Below, one piece after another: positions 39,585-49,103 of a stretch of 64,000 nt of DNA. The notes beneath the pieces are model-generated. The model made no database searches and was not told the DNA's origin. It worked only from the letters and a program-made list of their open reading frames with translations. Origin of the DNA: Candidatus Hydrogenedentota bacterium (GTDB taxonomy: Bacteria; Hydrogenedentota; Hydrogenedentia; Hydrogenedentales; SLHB01); the NCBI GenBank assembly GCA_963668025.2, contig CAXXTH010000018.1:352001-416000 (forward strand), given 5' to 3'. The position numbers were made by a program, and so were the translations under genes. Positions within the stretch are counted from its first letter, which is position 1. Each line of letters starts with the position of its first letter.

Positions 39585-39727
39585 AGAATAACACATGTTT
39601 TGAATATTGTCAATGGACATTTTACTTTTTATTTATTCGTACGTCATATTTATATCCATTTTTCCGAACACTATTTTTTACATACGTCAATTTTAGATTG
39701 ACATCCACTTGACGCCCGTGGTAAAGT
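39585..39727. promoter_or_regulatory. Divergent sigma70 promoters and candidate operators
   Basis: Minus: TTGACA-17-TATTCT (39613-39585); plus: TTGACA-18-TAAAGT (39698-39727); imperfect TTGACGTACGTCAA-like palindromes at 39634-39647 and 39677-39690. Confidence 0.6.
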
Positions 39728-39773
39728 ATAGCGGTATTTGGAGAACGTCCAGGATGTATCATGAAGGAACTCA

Positions 39774-40838
39774 ATGACTATGCTGACTACAGAAGAAATC
39801 GCCAGAATGAGCGGTGTGTCTCGAGCCACGGTTTCCGCGGTAATCAACGGGAAATCCGGTGTTCGTGAAGCTACGCGCCGCAAGGTGCTCGATATCATTG
39901 AACAGCACAAAGAGCATGCGCAATTCATCCGCAAATCACTGGTGAGCGAGATCTCCCGAATGATTGGCGTGATTATAGGCAGCATCAACAATCCATTCTT
40001 CACGGAAGTCACCTCCGGCATCGCATCCGTACTGCGAAAGAACGGCTTTCACGATATTCTGCTCCACACGACGGATGACAGGCCGGGAAAACTAATCAGC
40101 GACATTAATGTATTTATGGGATGCAATCCGCCTGGCTACATCGTCGTTGCCGGACGCGGTGAAGAAGACGAAGAGGTGTTGCGCCACCTCTATGAATTGG
40201 GGCGTCCAATGGTCGCCATCGGGACGCTGGAAGGCGTGAACACCCATACAGTAGACGTATCCAACCGGGATGCGAGCCGTGACGCCACCGAATACATGAT
40301 ATCCCGGGGCCACCGCCACATGGTGTACCTTACGGGGCCGCCCTATCGTTCCTCCGCGCAAGAACGCACGCTTGGCTTCGTCGAAGCCTTGGTGCGCCAC
40401 GAGATTGAATATGCCAACGCGATGACTGTCCGGGCAGGCGAAACGATGCAAGGCGGATACGATGCGGCCATGTCTGTTCTGGCCAATCCGGAAACACGCC
40501 CCACGGCAATCGTCTGTTTCAACGATCAAGTGGCGGCGGGTGTCTACCTCGCGGCCCGGGAATTAGAGCTGCGCATTCCTCAAGACCTCAGCGTGATGGG
40601 ATATGACGGAATCGAGATGGGTGCGCTCATGGGGCCTCCTCTCACCACGCTATCCGTTTCCCCAAAATCCTTGGGAACAGCGGCGGCGGAATTGCTGCTG
40701 GACATACTGGCCGGAGACAACGGGCAGGCCATCATCCAGCGGACCATACCGCACAAAGTGATTATTCGAGACTCCGTTATAGATGCGCCAGCGATTAAAC
40801 ACGAGCCGGCATATAGCCAGAGCAGCGCGTCAAACTAG
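39774..40838 (+). CDS. LacI-family transcriptional regulator
   Basis: IARMSGVSRATVSAVING HTH; NPFF, PTAIVCFND, IPQDLSVMGYD, PPLTT. Confidence 0.95.
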   Translation: MTMLTTEEIARMSGVSRATVSAVINGKSGVREATRRKVLDIIEQHKEHAQFIRKSLVSEISRMIGVIIGSINNPFFTEVTSGIASVLRKNGFHDILLHTTDDRPGKLISDINVFMGCNPPGYIVVAGRGEEDEEVLRHLYELGRPMVAIGTLEGVNTHTVDVSNRDASRDATEYMISRGHRHMVYLTGPPYRSSAQERTLGFVEALVRHEIEYANAMTVRAGETMQGGYDAAMSVLANPETRPTAIVCFNDQVAAGVYLAARELELRIPQDLSVMGYDGIEMGALMGPPLTTLSVSPKSLGTAAAELLLDILAGDNGQAIIQRTIPHKVIIRDSVIDAPAIKHEPAYSQSSASN

Positions 40839-40882
40839 AAGACGAGATTAGTCTGAGAGAGAATTGTTTAGGAGATGCGCCC

Positions 40883-42229
40883 TTGGGGAAAGGCATAACC
40901 ATCATCTTCACCATGGCTTTCGCCGCAGGAACTTGGCTGCTCTTCCATCCCGTCCAGCAGCGGGAGGCCACCCTAGAGTTTTGGGTATTCGCGCGCACGC
41001 ACTATCAAGGCTATATCAGCGCGGTGGATAGATTTGAGGCGGCGCATCCTGGGGTCACGGTAGACTTGCAACTGGTCGATCATCGCGCAATCGCCAACCG
41101 CTTGCAGTCGGCTTTCTGGGCGGATCTCGATACGCCCGATTTGGTGGAGATGGATATAGGCGGCGCAGGCGTTTTTTCCCGAGGCCCTATTGACCAGGCC
41201 GGCTTCGCTGACCTCCGGCCTTGGCTGGAATCGAGTGGATATCTAGACCGGTTCGTCAGCACACGGCTCGCGCCCTATACCAATCGGGGGCGTATTTTCG
41301 GGATCCCGCACGATGTGCATCCTGTCATGCTGGCCTACCGAAAAGACCTCTTTGAAGCGGAAGGAATCGATGTATCCCGCCTTGCCACATGGGAGGACTT
41401 CATGCGGGAAGCGCATCGTATAACAATCCCAAACCAGCGTTATATGCTGGAACTATCGAATAATACATCGGCTCATTTTGAGATGTTTCTCTTCCAGCGA
41501 GGCGGCGGATATTTTGATGCCACAGGCAACTTGATGATGGACAATGCGCTGGCGCTGGATACCCTGTTGTGGTATGTCCCGCTGATTGCTGGCCCGGAGC
41601 GCATCAGCGCTTCGCTCGAGGGCGGCGGGGGAATCGGCATGGGGCAAATCTTCACGCAAGCAATTGAAAACGACTACGTACTGTGTTTTCTGTGCCCCGA
41701 TTGGCGGGTCCAATTCATCGAAACCGATGCGCCCCGCATGAAAGGCAAGATGGCCTTGGCTCCCTTGCCTGCCTTTGAGCCGGGCGGGCGCAACGTGAGC
41801 ACCTTCGGCGGAACCATGCTCGGTATTTCAAAAAAATGCGCCGCCCCAGAGCTCGCCCGTGAACTGGCCCAGGCGCTTTATCTAGACAAAAAAGAGGTGG
41901 CAGTCTCTTTTCGTGCGCTTGGCATCCTGCCTGCCTTTAAGGACGCCTGGGCCATGCCAGAATACCACCAGGCAAATCCCTACTGGTCTGGCCAATGTGT
42001 GGGAGAGGCATTTATAAATGTAGCCGGTGACGTGCCGCCCCAGCATACCAGCGCATACCTGGATACAGCAAAAATAGCGATGGGCTCGGTAATTGCCTCC
42101 TGCGGTTCTTATTATTCGAAATATGGCGCGGCAGGATTCCAGACTTTTGCTGAGCAACGCTTGAAAGAGGCGGCGCAGGACGTACGCCGCGCCATGACGC
42201 GGGATCCTTTTAGGGAAGATAAACCATGA
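40883..42229 (+). CDS. Carbohydrate ABC transporter substrate-binding protein
   Basis: FEAAHPGVTV, PDLV, GIPHD, YRKDLF, TWEDF, GGTMLGI. Confidence 0.9.
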   Translation: MGKGITIIFTMAFAAGTWLLFHPVQQREATLEFWVFARTHYQGYISAVDRFEAAHPGVTVDLQLVDHRAIANRLQSAFWADLDTPDLVEMDIGGAGVFSRGPIDQAGFADLRPWLESSGYLDRFVSTRLAPYTNRGRIFGIPHDVHPVMLAYRKDLFEAEGIDVSRLATWEDFMREAHRITIPNQRYMLELSNNTSAHFEMFLFQRGGGYFDATGNLMMDNALALDTLLWYVPLIAGPERISASLEGGGGIGMGQIFTQAIENDYVLCFLCPDWRVQFIETDAPRMKGKMALAPLPAFEPGGRNVSTFGGTMLGISKKCAAPELARELAQALYLDKKEVAVSFRALGILPAFKDAWAMPEYHQANPYWSGQCVGEAFINVAGDVPPQHTSAYLDTAKIAMGSVIASCGSYYSKYGAAGFQTFAEQRLKEAAQDVRRAMTRDPFREDKP

Positions 42230-43116
42230 ATTGGTATCGATTTCAACGTAAAGCAGCGCCTTATCTTTTCCTGTCTCCGTTCATCCTGCTTTTTATACTT
42301 TTCGGTCTCTATCCGCTGGTGAAGAGCTTTATTCTCTCCTTTTATATTACCGCGGGGCCGGGGGCGAAGGTGTTCGTAGGACTGGATAACTTTTATTTTA
42401 TGTTCACCAGCCCCGCTTTCTACAAGGCCATCCGCAACACGGCGGTCTTCACCCTATGTTCCCTCCTGCTACAGCTTCCGTTAAGCTTAGGCCTTGCGTT
42501 AATGCTGAACAGCCGCTTCGTATGGGGGCGCGGATTTCTCCGGTTGATCTTCTTTTCTCCCAATCTGGTTGGGCAGGCGTTTGTCGCTATTTTATTCGGC
42601 GTGATCTTCGTGCCGCACTTCGGGCTGCTGAACCGGGCGCTCCATTTCTTACTGGGCCTTGACCTGGATACGCAATGGCTTGGAGATCCTCGGCTGGTCA
42701 TGCCCGCCATTGTTTTGGCCTCGCTATGGATGTATGTCGGATTCAATATGATCTATTTCCTGGCGGCCTTGCAGTCCGTTGAAACGGAACTCTATGAGGC
42801 GGCCCAAGTGGATGGCGCGGGACCGTTCCAGCAGTTCCTGCATATCACCATCCCTGGGATCCGCCACGTGGCCGTGCTCATCGTAGTAATGAGCACTATC
42901 GGCTCGTTTCAATTATTCGAACTGCCCTATGTCATGCTGCACGGCCCAGGACCGGACAATGCCGGATTGACCGTGGTAATGCATTTATTTTTGAGCGGTT
43001 TTGGAACCGGCGACCTCGGATACGCCTCGGCGGTGGGCTGGGTGCTGGCCGGAGCGGTCTTTATCTTCGCCGCCGCCCAAGTGATGATGTCAGGGATCTG
43101 GAGGCGCCATGCGTAG
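42226..43116 (+). CDS. Carbohydrate ABC permease (MalF-like)
   Basis: PYLFLSP, FVGLDNF, ELYEAAQVDGA. Confidence 0.95.
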   Translation: MNWYRFQRKAAPYLFLSPFILLFILFGLYPLVKSFILSFYITAGPGAKVFVGLDNFYFMFTSPAFYKAIRNTAVFTLCSLLLQLPLSLGLALMLNSRFVWGRGFLRLIFFSPNLVGQAFVAILFGVIFVPHFGLLNRALHFLLGLDLDTQWLGDPRLVMPAIVLASLWMYVGFNMIYFLAALQSVETELYEAAQVDGAGPFQQFLHITIPGIRHVAVLIVVMSTIGSFQLFELPYVMLHGPGPDNAGLTVVMHLFLSGFGTGDLGYASAVGWVLAGAVFIFAAAQVMMSGIWRRHA

Positions 43117-43933
43117 CTTCAGACGAAAACCCCTACTAGCGGCGCTCTATGTAGTTCTGGCGGCATGGACCATTTTAGTGCTGTCGCCATTCATCTGGCT
43201 GCTGGCGGCCAGCTTCAAGAGCCCCGATGACCTGTTCCACTATTTGTTCTTCTCCCCGAAGCTGTATTGGGGCAATTACTTCCAGTTATTCGAGGAGATA
43301 CCCTTTTTCCGGTTTCTCATGAACTCTCTCTTCGTGACCGGAGCCACGGTTGTGGTGCAACTGGCGCTCGCCACGTTAGGCGGATTTGCACTGGCCAAAT
43401 ATGAATTCCCCGGCAAGAAAATGGCTATGGCCATGCTGCTGTGCTGCATGATGATACCGCCTCAGGTGGTCCTCGCCCCCCTTTACGAACTCATGTACGA
43501 TTTGCATCTGCTGGATTCGCTTATAGGCCTCATCATCTCCGGCGCAGTGAACATGTTTGGGCTGTTCTTGTTCCGCCAGTACATGTTGCAGATCCCAGAT
43601 GACCTGCTCGAGGCCGGACGAATCGACGGGTGCTCGGAACTGCGGTTGTTCTGGACTATCGTCTTGCCCGTATGCCGCCCCGTGACAGGCGCGATGGCGC
43701 TCATTGCGTTCACGGGTTCATGGAACAGTTTCTTGTGGCCTCAGATTATGCTGCACGCGGAACAACGCTTCACGCTTCCCATCGCACTAAGCCAACTGGT
43801 AGGCATTTATTCACAAGAATACGGAGTATTAATGGCGGGAACCGTGTTATCTATTCTTCCCGTGCTATTACTGTTCTTGTTACTCCAAAAGGAGTTTATA
43901 TCCGGATTAACCGCAGGAGCTGTCAAAGGCTGA
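43109..43933 (+). CDS. Carbohydrate ABC permease (MalG-like)
   Basis: IPDDLLEAGRIDG, WNSFLWP, QKEFISGLTAGAVKG. Confidence 0.95.
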   Translation: MRSFRRKPLLAALYVVLAAWTILVLSPFIWLLAASFKSPDDLFHYLFFSPKLYWGNYFQLFEEIPFFRFLMNSLFVTGATVVVQLALATLGGFALAKYEFPGKKMAMAMLLCCMMIPPQVVLAPLYELMYDLHLLDSLIGLIISGAVNMFGLFLFRQYMLQIPDDLLEAGRIDGCSELRLFWTIVLPVCRPVTGAMALIAFTGSWNSFLWPQIMLHAEQRFTLPIALSQLVGIYSQEYGVLMAGTVLSILPVLLLFLLLQKEFISGLTAGAVKG

Positions 43934-43983
43934 TACCTGCTTCTTGCCCATATCGAGCATGTATAGATAAAGGAGAAACATGA

Positions 43984-46152
43984 ATGACACCTCAAACCGA
44001 AGATAGGCAAGAGCCGTTCTGGAATCCTGGCCTGCCGCTGTCCGAGCGAGTCGAGGATCTACTCGCCAGGATGACACTTGAAGAGAAAGTGTCTCAGATG
44101 ATCCACGAGGCGGCGGCCATACCGCGCCTGGGGATCCCTGCATATAACTGGTGGAGCGAATGCATACACGGCGTGGCCCGCGCGGGCATCGCGACCGTAT
44201 TCCCGCAGGCCATTGGCTTGGCGGCGTCATGGAACACATCCCTGCTGCGCAAAACAGCCGAAGCCATCTCGAATGAAGCGCGCGCCAAGCACCATGAGTT
44301 CGTGAGGCATGGCGATTACAGCGAATATAAGGGGCTAACCTATTGGTCGCCCAATATCAATATTGCACGGGATCCGCGCTGGGGGCGCACCCAAGAAACT
44401 TATGGCGAAGATCCGTATCTGACCGGGCGGCTCGCCGTGGCGTTCATACAAGGGCTGCAGGGCAGCCACCCCAAATACCTCAAGCTTATCGCTACACCCA
44501 AACACTACGCGGTTCACAGCGGGCCGGAATCCGCCAGGCATACATTCGACGCAACCGTAAGCCCAAAAGACCTGCATGAAACCTATTTGCCCGCATTCAA
44601 AGCAGCCATGATTGAAGGCGGCGCTGCTTCCATCATGGGTGCGTATAACCGCGTCAATGGCGAACCCTGTTGCGCCAGCATCACCCTTATGCAGAAGATC
44701 CTACGCGAAACGTGGGGCTTTAAAGGCTATTTTGTCTCTGATTGCGGTGCGATATGCGATTTCCATTTGAACCATAAAATAACCAATCGGCCTCCGGAAT
44801 CCGCCGCCATGGCCGTCCGCCATGGCTGTGACTTGAATTGCGGCAAGGTCTATTCGAATCTCCTTCTGGCGGTTGCCGAAGGATTGGTCTCGGAGGATGA
44901 AATCAACACATCTCTAGCACGTTTGCTGGAGGCCCGCATGCGCCTGGGGATGTTCGATCCGCCTGAGCGTGTGCCGTATGCGCAAATTCCATATGAGATT
45001 GTTGATTCGCCCGCCCACCGCCAATTGGCGCTGGAAGCCTCGAGGGAATCCATCGTTCTCTTGAAAAATGATGGCGGCCTCCTGCCATTGAGTAAAAACC
45101 TGCGAAATATCGCCGTCATTGGCCCAAACGCCGACGATCAGCATGTCCTGCTCGGAAATTATTACGGCACTCCGTCCCAATGCACCACCATTCTAGCTGG
45201 CATTCGACACAGCATATCAGCCGGCACGAAACTATGGTATGCGCAAGGCTGCCCCGTAACTTCTAAAAAGCTGCTCGGCATATCCCAGCCTGACACCCAT
45301 GGATTTTCCGAAGCCGTGTCTGCCGCGGAACGCGCTGATGCCGTCATCCTGGCCATGGGAAATTCCCCCGCCCTCGAGGGCGAAGAAGGTGAAGTAGCCG
45401 ATTCCGACGGCGGAGGCGACCGGGCCACCCTCGATTTGCCAGAAGTCCAGCAGAACCTTATGGAACTTATATATGCCACGGGCAAACCGATAGTGCTCGT
45501 TCTCACCGGCGGCAGCGCGATCACCTTCAATTGGGCCGCCGAACACATCCCGGCCATCATTATGGCGTGGTATCCCGGTGAAGAAGGGGGCCGGGCCGTC
45601 GCGGATGTGCTCTTTGGCGATTACAATCCCGCTGGCCGGTTGCCCATGACGTTTCCGAAATCGATTGAACAGTTGCCTCCCTTCGATGAGTACTGCATGA
45701 TGGGCCGCACCTATCGGTACATGGAAGAAGAACCCCTGTTTCCATTCGGACATGGTTTGAGCTACTCCGAGTTCCGGTACCACAAAATGGAATTGAGCGC
45801 ACCCCGGCTGGAACCCGGCCAATCGCTGCGCGTGTCCGTGGCCGTAGCCAACGCCAGCAGCCGGGATGGCGATGAAGTCGCCCAGTGTTTCCTCAAACAC
45901 GAACACCTTTCGCTCCGCACGCCGCGATGGCAATTGGTGGGATTCGAGCGTTTCCAGTTGGCGGCCGGAGAAGAAAAAACCATCACGATGGATATCACTT
46001 CCGAGCAATTATCCGTCATTGATGAGGACGGACAAATAATGTTCATGCCGGGCGAAATCACCATCGCCATAGGCGGCAGGCTGCCGGAGAAAGATGCTGG
46101 CCAAGCCATGGCTTTTGCGAAAGCTACCCTATGCTTCCCAGCTCAACGATGA
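43984..46152 (+). CDS. GH3 beta-xylosidase/beta-glucosidase with Fn3-like domain
   Basis: WSPNINIARDPRWGRTQETYGEDP, KHY, VSDC, EGEEG, YPGEEGG. Confidence 0.95.
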   Translation: MTPQTEDRQEPFWNPGLPLSERVEDLLARMTLEEKVSQMIHEAAAIPRLGIPAYNWWSECIHGVARAGIATVFPQAIGLAASWNTSLLRKTAEAISNEARAKHHEFVRHGDYSEYKGLTYWSPNINIARDPRWGRTQETYGEDPYLTGRLAVAFIQGLQGSHPKYLKLIATPKHYAVHSGPESARHTFDATVSPKDLHETYLPAFKAAMIEGGAASIMGAYNRVNGEPCCASITLMQKILRETWGFKGYFVSDCGAICDFHLNHKITNRPPESAAMAVRHGCDLNCGKVYSNLLLAVAEGLVSEDEINTSLARLLEARMRLGMFDPPERVPYAQIPYEIVDSPAHRQLALEASRESIVLLKNDGGLLPLSKNLRNIAVIGPNADDQHVLLGNYYGTPSQCTTILAGIRHSISAGTKLWYAQGCPVTSKKLLGISQPDTHGFSEAVSAAERADAVILAMGNSPALEGEEGEVADSDGGGDRATLDLPEVQQNLMELIYATGKPIVLVLTGGSAITFNWAAEHIPAIIMAWYPGEEGGRAVADVLFGDYNPAGRLPMTFPKSIEQLPPFDEYCMMGRTYRYMEEEPLFPFGHGLSYSEFRYHKMELSAPRLEPGQSLRVSVAVANASSRDGDEVAQCFLKHEHLSLRTPRWQLVGFERFQLAAGEEKTITMDITSEQLSVIDEDGQIMFMPGEITIAIGGRLPEKDAGQAMAFAKATLCFPAQR

Positions 46153-46163
46153 GGACAAGCCAT

Positions 46164-47912
46164 ATGAGCGTGAGAGTCCAATACATTTTTTGTCTCCTTG
46201 TGTTTTTGTTGCTGGCCACAGCCAGCCCGGCGGATGCCGGTGTCCGGTTTGCGGGCAGTGAAATAGACAAGGATGTGCGTATCGATGCCAGCCACACGGA
46301 AGGGAAAATCCAATACAAACCACTAAGCTTCGAAATGGGCCCCGGTTTCACCATGGTGGACATCTCCCATGCCATACAGGAAAAATCCAATCACTTCTTT
46401 CCCAAACTGGGCAGTGAGAGTGCTATTGGAACCATCATGATTCTCATGGGGCCGGACACGCCGCCAATGAAGGGCCAAGCGGCCTATTTCGCGCTTTGGC
46501 TTCGTGCATACGATTATGACAATCCTCCATATCCTTTGATGGCCGCGTTCAACCTCGGCATCAACGCAACGGGCGCGTATGTCCAATCCTTCGACGACAA
46601 AGACCAGGATGGCCGGCATGACTATATCGAGGACAATGGGTTTGTGCTGCAGGCTTCCACCACGCATCTAAAGATTGAAATCACAAAAACCGACCTGGTG
46701 TTCCTTTGCAGCGGCGATGGCGGCGCGGAATGGAACCAGGTCTATGCCTGCCCGATAAACGCCGCTACCTCACACGGCATCGACCTTCGGGGAGGGAATC
46801 TGGTTATCGGCCTTGCATCACTTCATGACTCTACTCCATGGCAAGTGAAGCACATGGAATGGAGTGGCGCAAGCGTACCCGATGTCAATATTCCATCCGA
46901 ACACCATACTGGAGACGGCCTGGAGGAAAAGCCAAGCGTAATGATTCCTCCAAAGAACAATTATCTCCCCCGGGTGGATTTCGGCCAGTTTCTTGAACCC
47001 CAAGGCAATCACATCATCCACGGGGCAGGCGCCTTGTCGCACTTCGATTGGTCGTCTATTTATGCGTACCAAAACGTGATGCTGGATCGCAGGCCGATGG
47101 CCATCATGAGCTGGATTACATTAAAGCACGCGAGCAGCCCCCTTTATGACCAATGGCGGGAACTGCTCAAAAACCTGCCGCCCAGTGAGTGGCCTGCCGC
47201 TCAGATAGGCATGAACTTTAACCTAAACGAAATACCAGAAAACCATTTTGAAAACGAAGTCGCGGCGGGCGCATATGACCAAGAACTGCAACAGCTTTTC
47301 ACGGATATCAAGCGCTTAGAGATTCCCGTTTTGCTTCGGGTGGGGCTGGCCTCCAATGCAAGCTTTCACAATTACGAGCCTGAAGCCTATAAAGAAGCCT
47401 TTCGGCGGACATGGCGCATCATGCACGAAACCGGTGCCGAAAACGCCGCGCTGGTTTGGGATTTCGTTCCCTTCGAGCCAGACACCGATTTCATGAAGTT
47501 TTATCCCGGCGATGATGTGGTGGATTGGTGGGCGCTCGAAGTGTTCAAGATCCAAGATATCGCGCGCCCCTGCTCGAAAGCCTTCCTTAAAGCAGCGGAA
47601 GAACACCGGAAACCCGTGCTGCTCTCGGAAACAACGCCGCTAGGAGCGCCCCAGACGAACGACGCCTTGGCCTGGGACCAATGGTTTGCGCCCTTCTTCG
47701 CATTCATCGCGGAAAATCCCGTGATCAAAGCAGTGTGTTACATCAACTGGGACTGGCGTACGTATCAAAAATGGGAGAATTGGGGAGACCGGCGGTTAGA
47801 ATCCAATGCATTCATCGCCACCCGGTATTACCGTGAAATGGGAGATCCGATTTGGCTGAACGCCACGGACAGAACCAATGTGCAACAGCAATTGCATGGG
47901 AAAGAGGAATAA
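46164..47912 (+). CDS. Secreted GH26-like (beta-1,3-xylanase-like) protein with N-terminal accessory domain
   Basis: LEP..HGAG, VAAGAYD, LLRVGLASN, FYPGDDVVDWW, KPVLLSETTP, IKAVCYINWDW, WGD.R. Confidence 0.8.
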   Translation: MSVRVQYIFCLLVFLLLATASPADAGVRFAGSEIDKDVRIDASHTEGKIQYKPLSFEMGPGFTMVDISHAIQEKSNHFFPKLGSESAIGTIMILMGPDTPPMKGQAAYFALWLRAYDYDNPPYPLMAAFNLGINATGAYVQSFDDKDQDGRHDYIEDNGFVLQASTTHLKIEITKTDLVFLCSGDGGAEWNQVYACPINAATSHGIDLRGGNLVIGLASLHDSTPWQVKHMEWSGASVPDVNIPSEHHTGDGLEEKPSVMIPPKNNYLPRVDFGQFLEPQGNHIIHGAGALSHFDWSSIYAYQNVMLDRRPMAIMSWITLKHASSPLYDQWRELLKNLPPSEWPAAQIGMNFNLNEIPENHFENEVAAGAYDQELQQLFTDIKRLEIPVLLRVGLASNASFHNYEPEAYKEAFRRTWRIMHETGAENAALVWDFVPFEPDTDFMKFYPGDDVVDWWALEVFKIQDIARPCSKAFLKAAEEHRKPVLLSETTPLGAPQTNDALAWDQWFAPFFAFIAENPVIKAVCYINWDWRTYQKWENWGDRRLESNAFIATRYYREMGDPIWLNATDRTNVQQQLHGKEE

Positions 47913-48955
47913 TGTTTGGGACAAAGCAACTCCTGTTCTTTTGCATCCTATTCAGTTTCGCCTTATCTGCTCCAGCGGACTTGCCGTCCGAGTATGCGCC
48001 ACGCGAAGATTACGGGCAAAAACTGGAACCAACAGGCCATGCAATATTACATGGCGGCGGACGGCTGGGCCCGTCTGGCTGGGATGACTTCGATCAATAC
48101 TCAAGCCTGCTGCTCGAGCAACGCCCCACCATCACCGTGGCTTGGCTGCGGCTCAAGAGCGAACCCATACACGAATTCTTCGCTTCTCTCGATGCCCACT
48201 TGCTTCGCCATGCAGACGACGCCCTCATACCGCAAATCGGGATCATGATGAATGACACGGAGAATCCCTCTGATCACTACGAACACGAAGTCGCCGCCGG
48301 AAAAACCGATGCACAGCTCCATATTCTCGGCCACCATCTTAACCGTCTCGAACGGCCGGTATTTCTCAGAATCGGCTTCGCCTTTAACGGCGAGTGGAAT
48401 AACTATGACGCCGGGCAATACAAGAACGCTTATAACCACATTCGCTCAATGCTGCTTTCGGAATATCCAGCCCTTGAATCACGCATCGCCTTCGTCTGGT
48501 CCTTTTCTCCGGCAGGAGCCAATGAACGTTTCGAGGAATTCTATCCGGGTGACGGTTCCGTCGATTGGTGGGCCTTGGACCTGTTCGACATATTCGACGC
48601 CAAGCGCTCCGTGACCGAACGTTTTCTGCAAGCGGCCCGGCAACACGGCAAGCCGGTCATGATCGCCGAAGCCACTCCCCTCGGACTCGGCGCGAGTGAT
48701 GATGCTTGGGATAAGTGGTTTCTGCCCTTCTTCCACTTTATCAAAACAAACCCTGGAATCAAGGCAGTCTGCTACATCAACCGCGACTGGCGTTCCTACG
48801 AACGCTGGATGCGCTGGGGCGATTGCCGATTACAACAAAACGCCCCGTTGGCCGTAAAGTACTATCATGAACTAACAGAAACGCCATGGAACCAGAACAG
48901 GCCAACCGTGGTTTCCGTAACCTCGCCCTCATTGCCAGACACGAACTTACGATAA
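47912..48955 (+). CDS. Secreted GH26-like (beta-1,3-xylanase-like) protein
   Basis: FLRIGFAFNGEWNNY, FYPGDGSVDWW, KPVMIAEATP, IKAVCYIN; TAATG coupling to the upstream paralog. Confidence 0.85.
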   Translation: MFGTKQLLFFCILFSFALSAPADLPSEYAPREDYGQKLEPTGHAILHGGGRLGPSGWDDFDQYSSLLLEQRPTITVAWLRLKSEPIHEFFASLDAHLLRHADDALIPQIGIMMNDTENPSDHYEHEVAAGKTDAQLHILGHHLNRLERPVFLRIGFAFNGEWNNYDAGQYKNAYNHIRSMLLSEYPALESRIAFVWSFSPAGANERFEEFYPGDGSVDWWALDLFDIFDAKRSVTERFLQAARQHGKPVMIAEATPLGLGASDDAWDKWFLPFFHFIKTNPGIKAVCYINRDWRSYERWMRWGDCRLQQNAPLAVKYYHELTETPWNQNRPTVVSVTSPSLPDTNLR

Positions 48956-49103
48956 AGGCGGACGCCAGAAATATATACCTTTCACGCTTCACATTCTGAT
49001 GCGCTGGCGCTTTGCCCAACAACGTAAACCGCCCATTTCGAGTAATGCGCCTGGCATCGAAATCGAGTGAATCTCATCGTTAAGACAAGGGCATAGGTAG
49101 AGC

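Noticed and set aside
40883-43933. ABC transporter lacking an ATPase gene as an anomaly
   Set aside because: Carbohydrate (CUT1) importers commonly share an MsmK-like ATPase encoded elsewhere
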